From assembly GCA_964016885.1 (NCBI GenBank), contig OZ024743.1, forward strand, positions 61,008,001-61,072,000: DNA of 64,000 bases, given 5' to 3'. The stretch comes from Eledone cirrhosa (Eukaryota). Of this stretch, positions 39,887 to 53,402 are shown in pieces. Position 1 is the stretch's first letter, and every line of letters begins with the position of its first letter. The notes under the pieces were generated by a model, which did no database searches, had not been told where the DNA came from, and worked only from the letters and a program-made list of their open reading frames with translations. Both the position numbers and the translations under genes were made by a program.

Positions 39887-41590
39887 ATGACTCCAGCTGC
39901 TGATACAGTCATACCCTCAGCTACTAGGGTCCAACGGGGCGACCCTTTGGGACCCCTCCTGTTCGCCCTTTGTATTGACCACATCGCCCGGAGTATCTCG
40001 GCCCCTCTCAACGTTTGGTATCTGGATAATGCTACGTTGGGTGGGCCTGTACAGACGCTCTGCCAAGACCTTCAATCGGTGATTCCTGCCCTGACGGGAA
40101 TCGGCCTCCAGGTCAACTTGGCCAAGTCGTAGGTGGTGAACGTCATCCTCGATGCTGTGAGCTTTGCAGCCTCCGTCTTGGACGTGCGGTCCATTCTGCG
40201 CCAGGTTCAGGTGACCCCCAAAGAGGATGTCCTCATCCTCGAGTCACCGATCCACCCGCCGGCCATCCGCTCCACCATGAGGTCCAGGCTTCTTCAGCTC
40301 CAGACTCTCACGAGCCCACTAGGCTTGATTGACAGCCACCCAGCTCTCTTTCTGCTGAGGAACTGCTTCGCCATGCCGAAGCTCCTCTATACACTCCGCA
40401 GCGCTCCATGCTACACCCAGACATCTCTCCTCGCTGACCTCGATACTTGTATCCAAGCAGTAGCCGATGGGATATGCAACGTCAAGTTTGACGACATAGG
40501 GTGGCAACAGGCCACTTTACCGGTCAGGTATGGCGGCCTAGGTCTCCGGTCCCCGATCTCACTAGCTTTGCCGGCGTATCTTTCGTCGGTAACCTCGTGC
40601 CGCGTCCTCATCAGCAGGGTTCTTCAAAACACAACAGAACCCTCTGTGTTCAGAGAAAGTGAGGCCGCCTGTGAGACGTGGGACCGGCTGGAACTTAGCC
40701 CAGTAGACGTCCCTCCTCTTTCTCCCCCTGTTGACGTCAAGTCCCCCCAACCCACTTGGGATGCCATCCAGTGCAGCCTGGCCTCAGACAGGCTCACGCG
40801 CCAGCTCGACCAGCACCGCCTTGCTTGTTTTCGTGCGGCCTCCAAACCCCGCAGTGGTGCCTGGCTCCATGCTCTGCCCTCCATAGCCTGCGAATCGGCA
40901 TTTCCCTGAGGCTCGGCCTCCGGATCTGCCAGCCATACCAATGTCGCTGCGGTTCCACCGTGGACTCTTTCGGCCTCCACCCGCTTTCCTGTCGCCACAG
41001 TGCCGGCCGCATTCCACGCCATACAGCCCTCAACGAGGTCATTAAGCATGGATTGGGGCGCTGCAGGCTTCCCTTCCCAACTCGAGCCGGTGGGGCTGGA
41101 TAGAGGGGACGGCAAAAGGCCAGATGGCATGACCATCTTCCCGTTCCGCGGTGGCAAACCCCTCGTCTGGGATGCCACTTGCACCGACACTTTCTGCAGC
41201 CGCAACCTGGTGCAGTCTGCGACTGACCCAGGTTCTGCTGCACATCGGGCTGAGGGGGCCAAACTCCTCAAATACCGGTCGCTCTCCGACAGGTTTGCGG
41301 TCGTTCCCCTGGCAGTGGAAACTTCTGGTGTCCTCGGCCCCAGGGCTACCTCCTTACTCACCACCATAGGTGCTGAGCTGGCCAGCCGCAGGTGTGAGCC
41401 CCGTGAGTTGGAGTGGCTTTTCCAGCGCGTCTCCCTTGCCGTTCTCCGGGGAAACGCCTTCTCCATTCTGTCCGCCGGGGCTGTCGGTGGGCCCCATCGC
41501 GTACCAATACATTAGTTAAATACCATTCTTTCATCTGATACAACACAATAAAGTCTTTAATTAAAAAAAATAAATAAATAAATAAATTTA
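39887..41590 (+). mobile_element. CRE-like non-LTR retrotransposon, 5'-truncated (RT C-half, Cys/His knuckle, RLE), disrupted
   Basis: VQRGDPLGPLLF, WYLDN, QATLPVRYGGLGLR, LRLGL..CRCG...H..SC...RH..LN, KRPDG, WDATC, E..K..KY. Stop at 40130, frameshifts, AATAAA and A-rich tail. Confidence 0.9.
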
Positions 41591-42455
41591 TACCATAAAC
41601 CTGGTTTTGGGGTAGTTTTTGCGTGAAATTGTTCTCGACGCTCCACATGACGACGTATTATCTTCGCTTTTTTTCCATTCATTACCAGGGAACGTCTTCA
41701 CGAACCAAAGTATCGTTTTCCTGTTTTCCTTCGGTTCCAACGATCTTCGAAATATTTACTTCTGCGTCCACAAATTGATTTTTGTTTTTAGTTTCAGAAG
41801 ATCTCGTTAAGGGTTCGATGACTGAGCTCTTGCCGGTCCAACAGCTAGTTCTACTCTGGAACGAAGTTGAAATTGCAAGAGCTCAGCCGTCAAGCCTCGA
41901 CCCTTTCTGATAGACAGAAATCTAAATCTGCAATATAATGAAACTGATCTTTTTAAATGTGATATGCAGGAAATAACAGTGGAAAGATTGAAAGTTCAAA
42001 TGTGACATTTTTTTCTGTTGCATATATTTTTTAATACTGTTGGTATATATAACATATTATTCGCTTTCTTCATTTCGTCCTCCTTCATTTACTTCTACTA
42101 TTGCTTCTTCTTATTATTATTATCATTATTATTATTATTGATAATATTATATTATACACTTTGTCTTTTTCATCATTTTCATTTTTTTTTTTTTGTTTTT
42201 ATCTTTTATTTCTTCTTTGTCACCTTCATTTTCTTCTTTTCCACTTTCTCCACCGTCTCTCTTGCTCTTCTTCTTCTTGAAAAATTCTAGAATATTCCGC
42301 AACATATTCTTTTCTTTCCTGAAAGGAATAAGAAAATGTCTCTTACAAACATGGATTTTTCTGTTTATGACGCAAAATATAGTAGACAAGAATAAGAAGA
42401 AGACGGAAAAGATAATGATAGAAAAAACTAAGAAGTTGTCACATGGTTGCAATGA

Positions 42456-42480
<25 letters not shown>

Positions 42481-42486
<6 letters not shown>

Positions 42487-43228
42487 AGTAAAAAGGAAAA
42501 GAGAATGCTGATAATTTATTTTCTCAGAGAAAAATAGTTTAATTAGGAATAAGTATAAATTAGTAATAAGTATTAGTTAGTATTCAGTTTTAGTTTTAAG
42601 TTTTTACCGGTTGAGCATTTCTTATGCTTTTCAAAAATAATTTTGAGATAGGGTGCTCGTGATTTTTGCTCTAATCTGATCAGTTTTGGAAATTCTTCGT
42701 GTTTTAAGTTAAAAAAGTGTCTTGGAAGGTATTAAGATTTGGTTGGTTGTTGAATGTCACCTGAATAAGCACTATAAATTTCGCGCCAATTCGTGTTGCA
42801 AAAATTCTTGTAGACAAATCAATTTTGATTGGTCGGTAGAAGTCACGTGAATGTTTAAATTGATTTTAGCGCGAGGTGGTTTCGCGCCGAATGTTGGTTT
42901 GTCGAAGAGTGTCCTTTTCCGCTTGATTGAGTTGCAGTCATGTTGAGAGGTCAACAGTTCAGGTGTCTATTAAGACAAATATGTTTGTGTGTGTGTGTAG
43001 CAAAGTGGTTCATTGTTGTGATAATGGAAATGAATCGGTCAGTAGGAATGTGTGTGTACGTGTGTGTGTGTGGAGGGGGGGGGGTTATTTTAACATGTTG
43101 AAACATATTTTTCAGCTCTTGTCTTATACGGAGAAGTGTGTGTGTGTGTGTGTGTGTCTGTATGTTAGTGTGCGCGTGTGCATGTGTGTGTGTGTGTGTG
43201 TGTCTGTTTGTTAGTGTGCGCGTGTGCA

Positions 43229-43311
<83 letters not shown>

Positions 43312-45294
43312 CTGTGTGTGTGTGTGGATGGACCAGTATTTTTGTGGTACTGGTAAAAATGGCGTACATTATTCGATATTTTCAGTCATTTCCAAAAACG
43401 ATTCACTCAAAAGAACATCAATAGCATCAATAACAAAAGAGGTGAAATGATGTATAGTATTGTCATAACAACACGGCGTGTGTGAGTCCAGATTGTACGT
43501 ACTGCAAGGGGAATCCATTAGGCCCAGCCGTATGGGATACTTGTGTACAAATATGTATGCACCCATCAATGTGCAATACATGTGTGCGTATGTGTATGTG
43601 TGCGTGTCGCCACGTGTATATCTATAAACATCAAAAGGTATGCAAATGTGTGTATATTTGTGTTGCACCATAGAACATGTGTGTTTACCTATGTCATTGT
43701 GTTTATATGTGGATAGACATGTATGTAGAATGTATGCTGATGTAGGTATGTATGTCAACGTGTGTATGTTGTGGGTTCGTCTTAGGGTGAAGTGTTTAGA
43801 CGGGGTCCGTATTTGTTAATAAAGTGAGATTCCTTGCTGATGTGCTGGGTGTGGGTGGCATTATCTTTAAATTTGTAGAGGGGAAAAATTCTAAAGTTGA
43901 GATGATTTTGAGCGGCACAGGTATCAATGTGTTTACTCAGTGCTATTTTTCTGTATTCCCGTATTTGATTTGGGATCTATGGACAGTCATGCGTTGGTGG
44001 AGACTGTTTTTAGTCTGGCCTATGTATTGTTCTCGACAACCTGAGCAAGTTAATACATATATTAGGTTTTCTGATGCTATAGTTTCCAATAAAAACACCT
44101 GTTACTTACGTCTACAAGAACTAAAGTACACACTCATAAGCAAGGACTACCCTGCATCACTAATTGACAATGGAATATAACGTGCCCTAAAACTCAGTAC
44201 CTTAGACACCCTAAAATTAATCAACAGAAACTAAAAGCTCTTCAATACATCTCCACATACAACCCCCTCAACAATGAAGCTTTTGAGACCATCCTTCAGA
44301 ACATCCCTGTTTTAAAAAAGGACCATAGAATGAACCAAATCCTTCGAACACACGATATCATAAAGAGCAAAAGACAATATAAGTCAATGAAAAACATCCT
44401 AACACATGCCAAAGTACTGCCAACCACAACAACGTAACCCACAGTAGAAAAAATGCGATAGACCCAAGTGTGGTATATGCATCAACCTAATAGAGGGTTC
44501 GGAATTCTATTTCAAACAAGGACAACGACAACGTTTTATAGTAAAACACAATTTCACATGCGCATCAGAAAACCTAACATATGTATTAACTTGTTAAGGT
44601 TGTCGTGAACAATACATAGGCCAGACGAAAACAGCTTCTGTCAACGCATGACTGTCCATAGATCCCAAATCAAAATACGGGAATACAGAAAAATAGCACT
44701 GAGTAAACACATTGATACCTGTGCCGCTCAAAATCATCCCAACTTTAGAATTTTCCCCCTCTACAAATTTAATCATAATGCCACCCACACCCAGCGCATC
44801 AGCAAGGAATCGTACTTTATTAACAAATACGGACCCCGTCTAAACACTTCTCCTTAAGACGAACCCACAACATACACACGTTGACATACATACCTTCATC
44901 AGCATACATTCTACATACATTTCTATCCACACAATGACATAGGTAAACACACATGTTCTATGGTGCAACACAAATATACACACATTTGCATACCTTTTGA
45001 GGTTTATAGATATACACGTGGCGACACACACACATACACATACGCACACATGTATTGCACATTGGTGGGTGCATACATATTTGTACACAAGTATCCTATA
45101 CGGCTGGGCCTAATGGATTCCCCTTGCAGTACGTACAATCTGGACTCACACACGCCGTGTTGTTATGACAATACTATACATCATTTCACCTCTTTTATTA
45201 TTGATGTTCTTTTGAGAGAATCGTTTTTGCAAATGACTGAAAATATCGAATAATGTCCACCATTTTTACCTGTACCACAAAAATACTGGTCCAT

Positions 45295-45349
<55 letters not shown>

Positions 45350-45381
45350 CATATACACGGACATACACACATACATAAATA

Positions 45382-45452
<71 letters not shown>

Positions 45453-46132
45453 CTCCGACAAGAGCTGAAAAATATGTTTCAACATGTTAAAATACCCCCC
45501 GCCCCTCCACACACACACACACACACACACATACACACACATTCCTACTGACCGATTCATTTCCATTATCACAACAATGAACCACTTTGCTACACACACA
45601 GATATTTGTCTTAATAGACACCTGAACTATTGACCTCTCAACATGACTGCAACTCAATCAAGCGGAAAAGGACACTCTTCGACAAACCTACATTTTGGCG
45701 CGAAACCAGCTCGCGTTAAAATCAATTTAAACATTCACGTGACTTCTACCGACCATTCAAAATTGTTTTGACTACAAGAATTTTTGCAACACGAATTGGC
45801 GCGAAATTTATAGTGCTTATTCAGGTGACATTCAACAACCAACCAAATCTTAATACGTTCCAAGCCACTTTTTTCACATAAAACAGTAAGAATTTCCAAA
45901 ACTGATCAGATTAGAGCAAAAATCACGAGCACCCTATCTCAAAATTATTTTTGAAAAGCATAAGAAATGCGCAACCGGTAAAAACTTCAAACTAAAACTT
46001 CAAACTAAAACTTCAAACTAAAACTTATTACTAATTTATACTTATTCCTAATTAAATTATTTTTCACTGAGAAAAATTGTCAGCATTCTCTTTTCCTTTT
46101 TACTAATATATTACAACTCGTGTATCACAGCC

Positions 46133-46137
<5 letters not shown>
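42481..46137 (+). mobile_element. Neptune-type PLE 3' portion with a ~1.6-kb inverted pLTR
   Basis: Arms 42481-44077 / 44562-46110; unique core 44078-44561. A pLTR-end fragment also lies at 55560-55730. Confidence 0.88.
44078..44857 (+). pseudogene. PLE RT thumb + Cys linker + GIY-YIG, disrupted
   Basis: RLQELKYTLISKDYPASLI, KCGICINL, FTCASENLTYVLTC..CREQYIGQT, RMTVHRSQI, RISKESYFINKYGPRLN. Confidence 0.85.
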
Positions 46138-46205
<68 letters not shown>

Positions 46206-46516
46206 AACGGAAAAAATGAAACGGAATTTCATTTCCCACTCTTAGTACGGCTGTTACCTAAATATAAGTATGTATACGTACATACATATATGTATACAGA
46301 CGTACAGTAGTATGTATATATATATACATACATGCACACATCGATATATGTACGTATGGATTCACCGAACATTTATTATAATGCTCGGTGCGTTTGTAAA
46401 CAAACATCCCGTATTAAGCCGTAGTGTCCAGCCACCATAGTTGTCAGCAACGTATACCTTCCTGCCAGATTGTTGAACGTATATACTTACCTTATGCATA
46501 TTAACGACTGAGTAGC

Positions 46517-46551
<35 letters not shown>

Positions 46552-46557
<6 letters not shown>

Positions 46558-47437
46558 GAATAATCGAGTATCGAAAAATCGGCGCACGAGTTCACGATAA
46601 ACAAAATTCGATATGAGCGGCAGAGTGCTCCATAATTTAGATAAATCAGAGCTATAACTATCGTTAAAATACCGTCACACACAGAACAAGTCTACAATCA
46701 ACCGCACGATCGAATATTTGCGATCCGGAAGATTCGGGACACTCAGATAAAAAATCTCAATAAATCAATAAATTAAATGAATGTAAAAAGCATACCCGGA
46801 CCCGCTAGGAAGATGTTAAATCTAGCTTCTTGGGTTTCTGTAAATCCTTAAACTGCTCTCTATCAGCTCACATAAAAATATATAAGACTTCTAGATATCA
46901 GCGGACAGGAAATTTACTTCTTCAACGAGCTTTGTCCAAACGAATGAAATGGCATAACCCAAGCTAAATACGCACATGGAATTCGGCAAGGGAGATAACC
47001 TCTACATCCGCGAAAACTATTCAGGAAAATGTGGAAATACACATATCGAATAAGAGTGCTCAATAGACATGTTAAAATAAACAGGAGCTATTTATCATTT
47101 AATAGAATCGACAAAAAATGAACAATAAAATTAACTGGTCAATAGAGTCTAGAGCTAAATATAGTAGAATAATCGAGTATCGAAAAATCGGCGCACGAGT
47201 TCACGATAAACAAAATTCGATATGAGCGGCAGAGTGCTCCATAATTAAGATAAATCAGAGCTATAACTATCGTTAAAATACCGTCACACACAGAACAAGT
47301 CTACAATCAACCGCACGATCGAATATTTGCGATCCGGAAGATTCGGGACACTCAGATAAAAAATCTCAATAAATCAATAAATTAAATGAATGTAAAAAGC
47401 ATACCCGGACCCGCTAGGAAGATGTTAAATCTAGCTT

Positions 47438-47440
<3 letters not shown>
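46552..47440. mobile_element. 889-bp non-coding element with 280-bp near-perfect direct terminal repeats (period 609)
   Basis: 46552-46831 matches 47161-47440; (TA)n on both sides. Confidence 0.85.
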
Positions 47441-47517
<77 letters not shown>

Positions 47518-47594
47518 TATATTGTGTGTGTGTGTGTGTGTAATGATCATTGTTCATATATATATATTGTATATTGTGTGTGTAATGATCATTG

Positions 47595-47644
<50 letters not shown>

Positions 47645-47649
<5 letters not shown>

Positions 47650-48213
47650 GTAGTGTATCCCGGCGTTGCACGGGTAAGAACATTGGTAATGGCACCTCCA
47701 ATAAGAAACGATTATTTGTGAGTGCCTGTTAAAACCTCACGAACTGGACATGCTCACCGACATGCAGAGTTGACACTGCACTCAGTGCTCCCCTGGGAGC
47801 CCCTGCATGGACACACTGGAAAAGGAAGACCTAAATTAACATATGTTGATGCCCTAAGGACAGACACTCGTCTGATACCTGTATATATAAAATATAAAAT
47901 AAATATATCCAACTTGTCCCTTATTCCTAAGAATTCTGCTCCCATTGAAGGAACTGAAATTCTTCCAATATTAGTCATTCCAATGCCTTGGAATATTTCA
48001 TGTTGTTTCTTGAATATCTGAAACTATGGTCGGGGAGCTATATAAGGAAACCCGACTTATTTCAGTTGATGTGGCTTATATCCCACCAAATTGAGATTTT
48101 AGCTTAAGATTAATATATTATATTACGTTTCTGAGTAGATAATTTATTAATATATCTTATTCTTTCATTGTGATGTTTATGTATGGGAGACAATTAACTT
48201 TGTAAAGTTATCA

Positions 48214-48225
<12 letters not shown>
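47645..48225 (-). mobile_element. Putative non-autonomous Helitron carrying an RTE ORF fragment (47735-47870, +)
   Basis: Subterminal hairpin CCCGTGCAACGCCGGG on minus, resembling the 62428 Helitron end; CTAG terminus degenerate. Insert GHAHRH...WEPLHGHTGKGRPKLTYVDALRTDT. Confidence 0.5.
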
Positions 48226-48253
<28 letters not shown>

Positions 48254-48699
48254 CAAAGGAAATGTGGTAAGGAACCAGGTGGACCATAACGCACCAAAGT
48301 ACTCAATACTTAGGGTAGTAGAGTGGGTAATAGGAACAAGTAAGACCCCGACGGCTGAGCTCAAGCCGTTTCGACGGCTAATTCTGTACTGAATAAAAAA
48401 ATTATTCTGGTATTTAAATAGCCGAGCTTATCAAGGGGTAATTCCATATATGGTCGAAGAGATAATGACCAGGATTGGTCACATCACAAGTTAGTAGTAA
48501 ATCTGTGATGGCAACTTGGTGGGGGAAGAGGTAGCTAAACCTGCCGGTAGGAGAAAAAGGGAGAGGGGGTGGAGTAGACCCATTCATGCGTTGGTAGTGC
48601 CAGCTACATCTGGGCGTGAGGTCAAAGAAGATACTGGGGAGGAAATATCCTACCGTCCAGCTCCATTAGCGGAACCAGCAGGCGACACCGCCGCTTACG

Positions 48700-49395
48700 C
48701 AATGTAACACGGTTCAATCCTCCCCACAACGCCGAGGTGACAACTCCCATCGGGAAAATTTTCTTTAGGCTCATTGAAAAACACTTCCCACCACAACACC
48801 GCTACCACAACATAATTAACAAAAATACCATCAAACTCTCTTACAGCACTACACCTAACTTCGCACAAAACATCGTCTCCTCCAACAACAAAAAACTTAA
48901 CCCCGATGGAAGAAACAACCTAAATAGCAGTGGAGAGCCGACCAGGAGGTGCAACTGTCCTGATAGATCCAGTTGCCCCCTCGACAACAGATGCAGAGAC
49001 CGTAATGTGATCTACCAGTGCAACGTGAGCACGGACACCACCAACAAAGCTTATATAGGATTAACCGCATGCGACTTCAAGACTCGGCTATACCAACACA
49101 GACATAGCTTCCGAAACACGGCCCGGCGTCACGCCACTACACTTTCGGGCCACATATGGGACCTCAAGGACAACAACATCAACTATGATCTCACTTGGAA
49201 ATTACTGTCCAGAGCCAACTCTTACACGGGAGGACGCGTCCGTGCAATTTATGCTCGGAGGAAACTTTACAAATGCTGTTTTCGACGGACCAACTCCTAA
49301 ACAAGAAAGATGAACTGGTTACTGCATGTAAACACCGATTACGTAGGACCTACCTCGCCTCAAACCCCATAATGACCCGGGGGGGGGGGGGGTAG
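48700..49395 (+). pseudogene. Naiad-type GIY-YIG region, frameshifted near 49237
   Basis: KHFPPQHRYH.IINKNTIKLSYSTTPN, CNCPDRSSCPLDNRC, VIYQC, AYIGLT, FKTRLYQH, CNLCSEE, LNKKDELVTACKH. Confidence 0.9.
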
Positions 49396-50582
49396 ACTAG
49401 GGCTATAACACCCCACTTGCCTATTTTGTAATGGGTAACCCCTGCTTGCCAATGGAGACGTAAGATCTTCTTTTACATTCTTTTATCGCTTCCTCTATAT
49501 TTCCTCCTTCCCCCATCCCTCCCTAGTCCTTCTACCCCAGTTCCTTTTCTTTGTCATCGTCTTTTTCTCGCCCACCCGAGGTAGCCCCTCGGTCCCTTGT
49601 AGCTTCAGCACCCCCACCCCCCTCCCCTATTCTATGATAGATTTGGCTGACTCCGCTTTTTATAGCAGAGGTGTTAGACTTCGGATACTCGCCCCCTTCT
49701 CCGACCGCCGTCCCTTTTTTCCGTGCCTTCTATATTTCTTAGTGGCATCTTTGCTTTAATTTCTCGTTTATCCAGTATTTCTTTCTTCTTTTTCCCTTTT
49801 TTTTTGGGGGGGGGGGCTTCTGTATTAATTTTCCGTTCTTTACTTTTACTTCTTACGATCTTTCATGTAGCTTGTATAAGACTTTTTGTTCCGTGGCGGT
49901 ACTCTTAGAGTTAGCACTAGTATTTTTTTTGCGGGACCCTGAATTATATTCTCGTACTAGTTTACTTTCTTGCACTGGGTGGTTGCTGGCCCTGTGATTG
50001 GGGTAGAAACCTTTATTTCGTGGTGGTCTCTTTAGTATTTTGCCCCCCCCCCCCCCCTTTGTTGACCCGTCACCGTACGATACACGCACTTATACCTCGT
50101 ATAAGGGTCCCTTTATTTCCGTCCCACCTAGTTTATTTTTATTATTATTATTATTTATTTTTTTATTCTTCATTATATATATATATATTTTTTTATTTAT
50201 TTATCTATTCTTTTATTCACTTATTTGTTTATTTATTTATGTATTTCTTTAGCCTAGCAATAGCGAGAGACTTAAGTCTTAGTAACCAGACTTTGCTTAT
50301 TTTATTTTTTTCTCTCCCAGTACCTTTTATAGTTTTACCTTTCATTGTTCTATTTACCGTTTCGACTTCCTCCCCCTCCCCTCCCCAGTATCTTCTTTGA
50401 CCTCACACCCAGCTGTAGCTGGCACTACCAACGCATGAATGGGTCTACTCCACCCCCTCTCCCTTTTTCTCCTACCGGCAGGTTTAGCTACCCCTTCCCC
50501 CACCAATTTGCCATCACAGATTTACTACTAACTTGTGATGTGACCAATCCTGGTCATTATCTCTTCGACCATATATGGAAGT

Positions 50583-50676
50583 ACCCCTTGACAAGTTCGG
50601 CTATTTAAATACCAGAATAAATGTTTATTCAGTACAGAATTAGCTGTCGAAACGGCTTGAGTTCAGCCGTCGGGGT
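50583..50676 (+). ncRNA. Type I hammerhead with U3:A8 core; mirror at 48345-48439 on minus
   Basis: ACCCC-TTGACAA-G..CGGCT...AGCTG-TC-GAAA-CGGC ttgagttca GCCG-TC-GGGGT. Confidence 0.7.
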
Positions 50677-52441
50677 CTTACTTGTTCCTATATATATATA
50701 TATATATATACATGTAAAGTTATATTTAAAATTGTTGGGTTACAACTAGTAAATATTTATAACTGATATAAAAGCACTCGACAAATACTTGGAGTATATT
50801 TACAATATTAAATAAATGGAAAACTATATTTATAAAACCATATTTATTTCATTATATATATTTCGGGGATATCATATTAACAATATGCTATGCCTTCATC
50901 AGACAAAATACAATATAAACAGTTTTATAGATAAATATATTCGACATACCGTAATAAACATCAACTTCATTTGAAGAGGTTCACTCTAGCAGTGAAAATA
51001 CAGAGAGAAAGAAAGAGAGAGAGAAAAGAGGGAAATAAGAAAGAAAGAAAGACAAAACGAAGAAAAGGAAGAAAAAGAAGAAAAAAAAGAAGAAATGCAT
51101 GGGACAAAATAGAGAGATGGAAAAATAGATAAAGCGAAGAGCTTCATGTAAAGAGACCGAAAGAGATATATATATATATAGAGAGAGAGAGGAAATAGAG
51201 ATAGATACATATATAAATATAGATATAGACAAATTAGGTAGTGGGAGGTCATTTTGAGTAAGTGTATCAATGATGCATTTATTTATTTATTTATTTATTT
51301 AGCTCAAGTATTAATGTAAGGGAGATATATAGAGAGACATAGAGAGATATAGAGAGAGAAAAATTTAAAAATAGCCAGACATATTCGAGGCGTAGAAAAC
51401 CCTATGTTTTAATGTATTAGTATTTATAAAACTTACACTATATTGTAAATATCAGTATTCCTGAATGAAACAAGTATTCACAATGCGTGAAAATTCATTA
51501 TCTTATGTTTAGTTTTTTAAAAAAAATTCATATGTCTATGTGAATCCAACTGATTCACTCCGCAAATTCAAAGTTACCGGAAAACATTCTCAATGTGGTA
51601 TAAAAATTTGAGCGTATTATTATTCTTGCGATTACTCTACAAGATTATCTATCAAGCAGAAATAGAGAGCAGATTTCAATATACTAATCGAAAATATATA
51701 TTATATTATAAGCAGAGATAACAATAATAATGATAATAAGTAAAAATATAGAAAAATATAAAAATATAGAATAGAAAACTAAAAAAAAGAATATTACGAA
51801 AGAATATTACATAATAAAAATATTGCATATTAAAAATACTACGTATTAAAAATATTACGTATTAAAACTTTACATATAAAAATATTAAAAATAAAAATTT
51901 ACATATAAAAATATTAAAAATAAAAAATAAAATAAAATAAAAAATAAAAATATAAAAATATTATAGAATACTACAATACTAAAAGAATAAAAATAAAAAT
52001 AAAAATAAAAATAAAAATAAAAATAAAAATAAAAATGAAAATAAAAATAAACCACAAAGAACAACCCTTCAAGGTTAATTGACAATATATTGCCAAGTTC
52101 ACTACAAGACAAAGCCAAAAAATTATCTATCAAATCACATCTAGCAAGGAATATCGCAAAAAAGATTATGATGTCCAATAATGTCTACATATGTTCCTAT
52201 ATTTAATATATAAGTTTATCAAGTGTAAGGTTAATTCAGAAAATTTGGAGCATCGGCTTTTAGGGTAGCTTAATTTTTCATGAGGAATGTTTAGATAAAA
52301 ATAAAAATAAAAATAAAAATAAAAATAAAAATAAATAAAATAAAATAAACAATAAAAAGAGTAAAAAGAGGGAATCAAAGATTTAGGAATCAAAAGATTT
52401 ATCGGCTAGTTCTCATATAAATATAAATCAAACTAAATATA

Positions 52442-53168
52442 CTACATTTTAAATTTAAATTTATATTTAAACGTTGAGTTTAATCTATGTTTGCAACAAC
52501 TGAATAAATTTGTCCGTAGGTTAAGGGAATTTTTAGATTTTAGTATAAAGAATATCTCCTCTGCGCAGAGGTCACATGTCTCAGAGGATGAATTAAAAGG
52601 AATCCCTCTTGAGACTATATTCCAAGCCGTCGAATATCTAACGTTATCTAACTTAAGTTGCCAGAGTACACCTGATAGTGCCGTTGAAGATTTTTTATTT
52701 GGATCTGTGAAAGAATTCTTGTGGTTATTATAGCGAAGTTTAAATTCCGTCGATGTGGAACCGACGTAGTTAAAAGAATTAGAGTCAGTATTAACATTAC
52801 AATTGTATACTATATTTTTAACTAAGCAGTTGTTATTTAACGGACATTTAGATCTATCTCTACAGTTACATTTGTTAACTTGTATATTATTTATGCTATT
52901 ATCAGTAGGTTTTAAGTTCCTATTATTTATTCTATTAATATTTTGTGCTAAATTTTTGGTGGATGAGTAGGTTAATTTAATTGTATGCCTATTGAAGATT
53001 GAGTGGTACCTATGTGTTCCAGGGAAGCGATTATCAAGAGCTTTGAAAAATAATTTAGCGATGTGGGTTTTAATGTTTAGTGAGAAAGGGGGGGCAAACC
53101 AAATTATGTTCCTAGTTCTATTTCTTTTTTGTCCTTTGGAATTATTGTAATGCTTTCTATTATAGTTG
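52442..53168 (-). pseudogene. Naiad-type GIY-YIG region (open frame, no start, absent from the ORF track)
   Basis: Manual translation: RNIIWFAPPFSLN...CNCRDRSKCPLNNNCLVKNIVYNC...NYVGSTSTEFKLRYNNH...CDLCAEE...SCCKHR. Confidence 0.9.
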
Positions 53169-53232
53169 TCAAATGAAGTTGATGTTTATTACGGTATGTC
53201 GAATATATTTATCTATAAAACTGTTTATATTG

Positions 53233-53298
53233 TATTTTGTCTGATGAAGGCATAGCATATTGTTAATATGATATCCCCGAAATATATATAATGAAATA
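53233..53298 (+). ncRNA. Canonical type I hammerhead; mirror at 50845-50910 on minus
   Basis: TATTTTGT-CTGATGA-AGG-CATAGCATATT gtt AATATGATAT-CCCC-GAAA-TATATA-TA-ATGAAATA. Confidence 0.8.
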
Positions 53299-53336
53299 AA
53301 TATGGTTTTATAAATATAGTTTTCCATTTATTTAAT

Positions 53337-53402
<66 letters not shown>

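Larger units (their letters stand above)
48251..50690 (+). mobile_element. Naiad-type PLE 3' portion with inverted pLTR
   Basis: Arms 48330-48642 / 50380-50690. pLTR fragments also at 20433-20480 and 38757-38895. Confidence 0.88.
50710..53342 (-). mobile_element. Third Naiad-type PLE 3' portion with 174-bp inverted pLTR
   Basis: Arms 50801-50974 / 53169-53342. Long 3' UTR containing (TAAAAA)n. Left boundary approximate. Confidence 0.8.
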
